Origin: a bacterium | GTDB taxonomy: Bacteria > Patescibacteriota > Minisyncoccia > Phycocordibacterales > CAIZIN01 | Assembly (NCBI GenBank): GCA_037131675.1 | Contig: JBAXQO010000002.1 | Span: 15,166-79,165 of the forward strand | Direction: 5' to 3' | Length of the DNA stretch: 64,000 nt | Part shown: positions 60,743 through 64,000 of the stretch, in pieces | Position numbering within the stretch: position 1 is the first letter of the stretch | How the letters are laid out: each line of letters begins with the position of its first letter | Notes under the pieces: generated by a model | The model's input: the letters and a program-made list of their open reading frames with translations, nothing else | Told to the model about the DNA's origin: nothing | Databases searched by the model: none | Position numbers and translations under genes: made by a program

Positions 60743-61507
60743 ATGGATCCATTATTTGTACTTGGTTTGATTGTTTTGTTTTTTCTTCTAGTAACTTCTT
60801 TGCGTGTGGTGAAGGAGTATGACCGCGGAGTTATTTTCTTCCTCGGTAAATGTACAGGAGTGCGTGGTCCAGGACTTATTATCCTCATTCCTATTTTTGA
60901 GCAGATGACCAAAGTGTCACTAAGGACTATCACTATGGGTATTCCTTCACAGAAAATTATCACAAAAGATAACGTATCCATCGACATTGCTGCGGTGGCG
61001 TACTATCACATTTTGGATCCACAAAAATCAGTTGTTGCAATTGAAGATGTAGACAGTGCAGTAAACCAGATTAGTCAGACAACTGTCCGAAATATTGTTG
61101 GGCAATTCCAACTCGACCAGCTTCTTTCACAAACAGGACAGATAAATATTCAAATTAAAGAAGTTATTGATACACATACTGAACCTTGGGGTGTTCAGGT
61201 AACTGCTGTGGAAATCAAAGATATTACTTTGCCGGACAACATGCAGCGCGCCATGGCTAAAGAAGCCGAAGCAGAAAGAGAGCGCCGAGCTAAGATTGTG
61301 GCCGCGGAAGGTGAGTTCCAAGCAGCTCAGAAACTTGGTGAGGCTGCAGACTTGATAGCAGCGCACCCAGTTGCACTTCAGTTGCGAACACTTCAGACAA
61401 TGGCGGAGATTAGTGTTGAAAAGAACTCAACAATCATTTTCCCAGCACAATTCATGACAACAATCAGGGAGGCTGTCTCTATGATAAACGCGGACGGTGC
61501 AAAATAG
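60743..61507 (+). CDS. SPFH/stomatin (slipin) protein
   Basis: EYDRGV.F.LG, ITKDNV, WGV.V..VEIKD, AEAERERRA, ALQLRTLQT. Confidence 0.93.
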   Translation: MDPLFVLGLIVLFFLLVTSLRVVKEYDRGVIFFLGKCTGVRGPGLIILIPIFEQMTKVSLRTITMGIPSQKIITKDNVSIDIAAVAYYHILDPQKSVVAIEDVDSAVNQISQTTVRNIVGQFQLDQLLSQTGQINIQIKEVIDTHTEPWGVQVTAVEIKDITLPDNMQRAMAKEAEAERERRAKIVAAEGEFQAAQKLGEAADLIAAHPVALQLRTLQTMAEISVEKNSTIIFPAQFMTTIREAVSMINADGAK

Positions 61508-61626
61508 TTAAAAGTTTTCAAACAAAAACACTCTATCCAAAAAGATGGGGTGTTTTTGTTGACAAATGTTGAAAAAGTTTTATTATAATCCTCAGTAAAA
61601 AGTTCAACCCAATTCAACAATAGAAT

Positions 61627-61956
61627 ATGATTATAAAATCAGGATATTTCAAACTCCACGACATGTGCCTTGCTGGCCAGATCGTGTGCAGTGATGGATC
61701 ACTTTTGCAGTGGTGTGTCACGAAAAGCCAAGCTCTTGAAATCGGCGAAGCCTTTGTTGGCATCAACATTACTCCCGAAGAATGGTTAGCTATCAAGGAG
61801 CAGATCCACGCGAGTCTGCTTCCGAACCATGACGAGGAGCTGGAAAAAGCGTTGAATCAGTTTCAAGGCTGCGCAGAGGAATTTACCATTCATTTGAAAA
61901 AGGTTCTTGAACACCTCAAAAACCAACATAACGAAGGTGAAGGCTGGAAAGATTAA
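61627..61956 (+). CDS. hypothetical protein (orphan cassette)
   Basis: 109-aa ORF; TTGACA/TATAAT-like promoter; terminator AAACCCTACAC/GTGTAGGGTTTTT at 61969-62004. Confidence 0.65.
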   Translation: MIIKSGYFKLHDMCLAGQIVCSDGSLLQWCVTKSQALEIGEAFVGINITPEEWLAIKEQIHASLLPNHDEELEKALNQFQGCAEEFTIHLKKVLEHLKNQHNEGEGWKD

Positions 61957-62152
61957 AATATTTCAGCTAAACCCCTACACAATATTTGCCGTGTAGGGTT
62001 TTTTCTTTAAAATAACTCACTTTTAATTTATAAGTTGTTTGTAAATAGAAAATTTCGCGTTAAAATTAATCAATTCAGAACTCGAGAGACTACTCGGCGT
62101 GTTGAAAAATACCTTAAACGACAAAAAGTAGGGTTTTAAGTGATTTTAAGAA

Positions 62153-62223
62153 TAGTTAACACTAATTGACTAGTATTAACTAAAATGATAAGATAGTTTA
62201 TACAAATTAAATAGTATTAACTA
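62153..62223. promoter_or_regulatory. two tandem 12-6-12 inverted-repeat sites upstream of fic
   Basis: TAGTTAACACTA-attgac-TAGTATTAACTA and TAGTTTATACAA-attaaa-TAGTATTAACTA, 41 bp apart, overlapping TTGACT-17-TAAGAT. Confidence 0.75.
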
Positions 62224-62226
62224 ATT

Positions 62227-63372
62227 ATGAGCAACATAATCGGAAAAAATAAAAAACACCAAAACGGATATGAATATCTTTCTCTTTTTCCATTTCCTTC
62301 AGGTGATTTAAAAAGAAACATTTCTGAAGAACTCGTTCAAAAATCTAATATGGCACAATTTTTACTTGGAAAATTGTCTGGTATTACGGTTTTGTTGCCA
62401 GATGTGGACTACTTTATTAATGCTTATGTCGCAAAAGATGCAGCTTCTTCATCGCAGATTGAGGGTACAAAGGCAACTATGGTTGATGCGTTTGAATACG
62501 CCGCAGACCCTTCTAATGATAAAAATTCCGATGCTGATGATATTACTCACTATATTAAAGCTCTTAACTATGGTCTAAAGAGAATAAATGAAGATGATTT
62601 TCCTCTTACTCTTCGATTTATTCGAGAACTTCATAAGCAATTGATGCAGGGTGCAAGGTCAACGCATTTTGCTGATCCGGGAGAGTTTAGAAAAACTCAA
62701 AACTGGATTGGTGGTACTAGACCGGATAATGCAGACTTTGTACCTCCTACACCAGATGAACTCCCTCAATCTCTTAGTGACTTAGAAAAATTTATTCATA
62801 TGTCTTTTTCACATCCAATTTTGGATGCGGGGCTTATGCATGCCCAATTTGAAACTATTCATCCTTTCCTTGATGGGAATGGAAGAACTGGCCGTTTGTT
62901 GATTACTTTCTATCTTATTCACCACAAATATCTTGAACTCCCAGTACTATTCCTTTCTTCATATTTCAAAAGACATCAAAAAATCTATTACCAGAGTTTG
63001 AGAGAGTATCACAATGGGAATACCGCCCCTTGGCTAGAATTTTTTATAGATGCTGTTATTGAAACGGCAAAAGATGCAATAGAAGTTTCTAAGAAAGTAA
63101 CCGTCTTGAGAGATAGAGACCTAGAAAAAGTATCAATGTTTGATAAAAGAAACTCAGATACTGTTTTGAAAGTTGTTAAAAGGTTATATAAAGAGCCAAT
63201 TGTATCAACTTCAACTATTCAAGAATGGATTGAACAATCACGACCAGGTACCATTAAGTTTATTGATAGGCTCATCAAAGCTGGTATATTGGTCTTGCAT
63301 AGGAAAGGAGAAGGGTCTCGTCCCTCCCTCTATTCTCATAAGGAATATCTTAAAGTTTTTGCTGAAAAATAA
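62227..63372 (+). CDS. Fic family protein with N-terminal inhibitory motif and C-terminal HTH
   Basis: SSQIEG, HPFLDGNGRTGR, C-terminal winged-helix-like segment. Confidence 0.93.
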   Translation: MSNIIGKNKKHQNGYEYLSLFPFPSGDLKRNISEELVQKSNMAQFLLGKLSGITVLLPDVDYFINAYVAKDAASSSQIEGTKATMVDAFEYAADPSNDKNSDADDITHYIKALNYGLKRINEDDFPLTLRFIRELHKQLMQGARSTHFADPGEFRKTQNWIGGTRPDNADFVPPTPDELPQSLSDLEKFIHMSFSHPILDAGLMHAQFETIHPFLDGNGRTGRLLITFYLIHHKYLELPVLFLSSYFKRHQKIYYQSLREYHNGNTAPWLEFFIDAVIETAKDAIEVSKKVTVLRDRDLEKVSMFDKRNSDTVLKVVKRLYKEPIVSTSTIQEWIEQSRPGTIKFIDRLIKAGILVLHRKGEGSRPSLYSHKEYLKVFAEK

Positions 63373-63458
63373 TTTCAAAATATCTCATATAAAGAACAAG
63401 GTGTTTTGTTGTAAATCTCTTCATTTTGTGGGAAAATTGCTTTAATTCACAAGCTGAG

Positions 63459-63806
63459 ATGAAAAACATAAAAATCCTAACAGAAAGAATAATAGCGTTT
63501 AGAGATGCGAGAGACTGGAAACAGTTCCACAATCCCAAAGACGTTGCTTTATCTTTAGTTTTAGAAGCTGGGGAAGTTATGGAGCATTTTCAATGGAAAT
63601 CTAAAGAAGAGATGGATAAATATGTTATTGAACATAAGGAAGAAATTGGAGATGAATTGGCAGATGTTCTGTATTGGGTGCTCTTAATGAGTAATGATCT
63701 AAAGATAGATGTCCTGAAAGCTTTAGAGAAAAAGTTGAAGAAAAATGAAGACAAATATCCTGTTGAAAAGGCTAAGGGAAAACATACTAAATACAACAAG
63801 CTATAA
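63459..63806 (+). CDS. MazG-like nucleotide pyrophosphohydrolase (dCTPase-like)
   Basis: RDWKQFHNPKD, EAGE..E, ELADV, KYP. Confidence 0.92.
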   Translation: MKNIKILTERIIAFRDARDWKQFHNPKDVALSLVLEAGEVMEHFQWKSKEEMDKYVIEHKEEIGDELADVLYWVLLMSNDLKIDVLKALEKKLKKNEDKYPVEKAKGKHTKYNKL

Positions 63807-63809
63807 ATC

Positions 63810-64000
63810 ATGATAGTTTATCAGTCTACAAAGTTAGGTTTTCTAGAAGATGCTTCAAATGGAATTGAAGACATTGTTCGTGCTCGAGTTAAAGAAAAAC
63901 TTAATATTGATATTAAAGTTGGAAGCAGTGAATACAACTCTTGGAAAAACTCTCTTGGAGACGCCATGTATAAAGTGATGCAGACAGACAAAATTCCTGA
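63810..64000 (+). CDS. partial CDS, probable DUF2075-family (Schlafen group 3-like helicase) N-terminus
   Basis: Open frame to window edge: MIVYQSTKLGFLED...SEYNSWKNSL; this N-terminal pattern and the position after a MazG-like gene match DUF2075 proteins. Confidence 0.6.
   Translation, partial: MIVYQSTKLGFLEDASNGIEDIVRARVKEKLNIDIKVGSSEYNSWKNSLGDAMYKVMQTDKIP

Overview
AT-rich bacterial chromosomal segment read in the standard genetic code (11). The gene set is typical of a Patescibacteria/CPR (Parcubacteria-like) genome; this taxonomic call is inferred from gene content, not tested. It contains the 3' end of lysS, a short dcw cluster (mraZ-rsmH-ftsL-like-ftsI-murF), tRNA-Glu(CTC), ychF, a CsoR-CopA copper operon, a PIF1-like helicase, a DEAD-box helicase, a MarR-regulated efflux operon, malic enzyme, gpmI, eno, tgt and a compact uvrB-uvrA-uvrC set. 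At the right edge a Fic / MazG-like / DUF2075-like locus begins. No CRISPR array, rRNA, transposase, integrase or reverse transcriptase is visible. Five observations stand out. (1) About a dozen stand-alone, often GC-richer single-gene cassettes sit between core genes and share a promoter - boxA-like - A/C tract - strong Shine-Dalgarno - gene - terminator layout, whereas core genes look leaderless. (2) A dispersed palindromic element occurs twice with a 38/39-nt identical core and different but self-complementary outer arms. (3) One gene has a 3' end resembling a diversity-generating retroelement variable region with no RT or template nearby. (4) A four-segment, mutually exclusive RNA switch-like leader precedes a small membrane protein. 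(5) Two C30-carotenoid-type oxidoreductases occur without a synthase.
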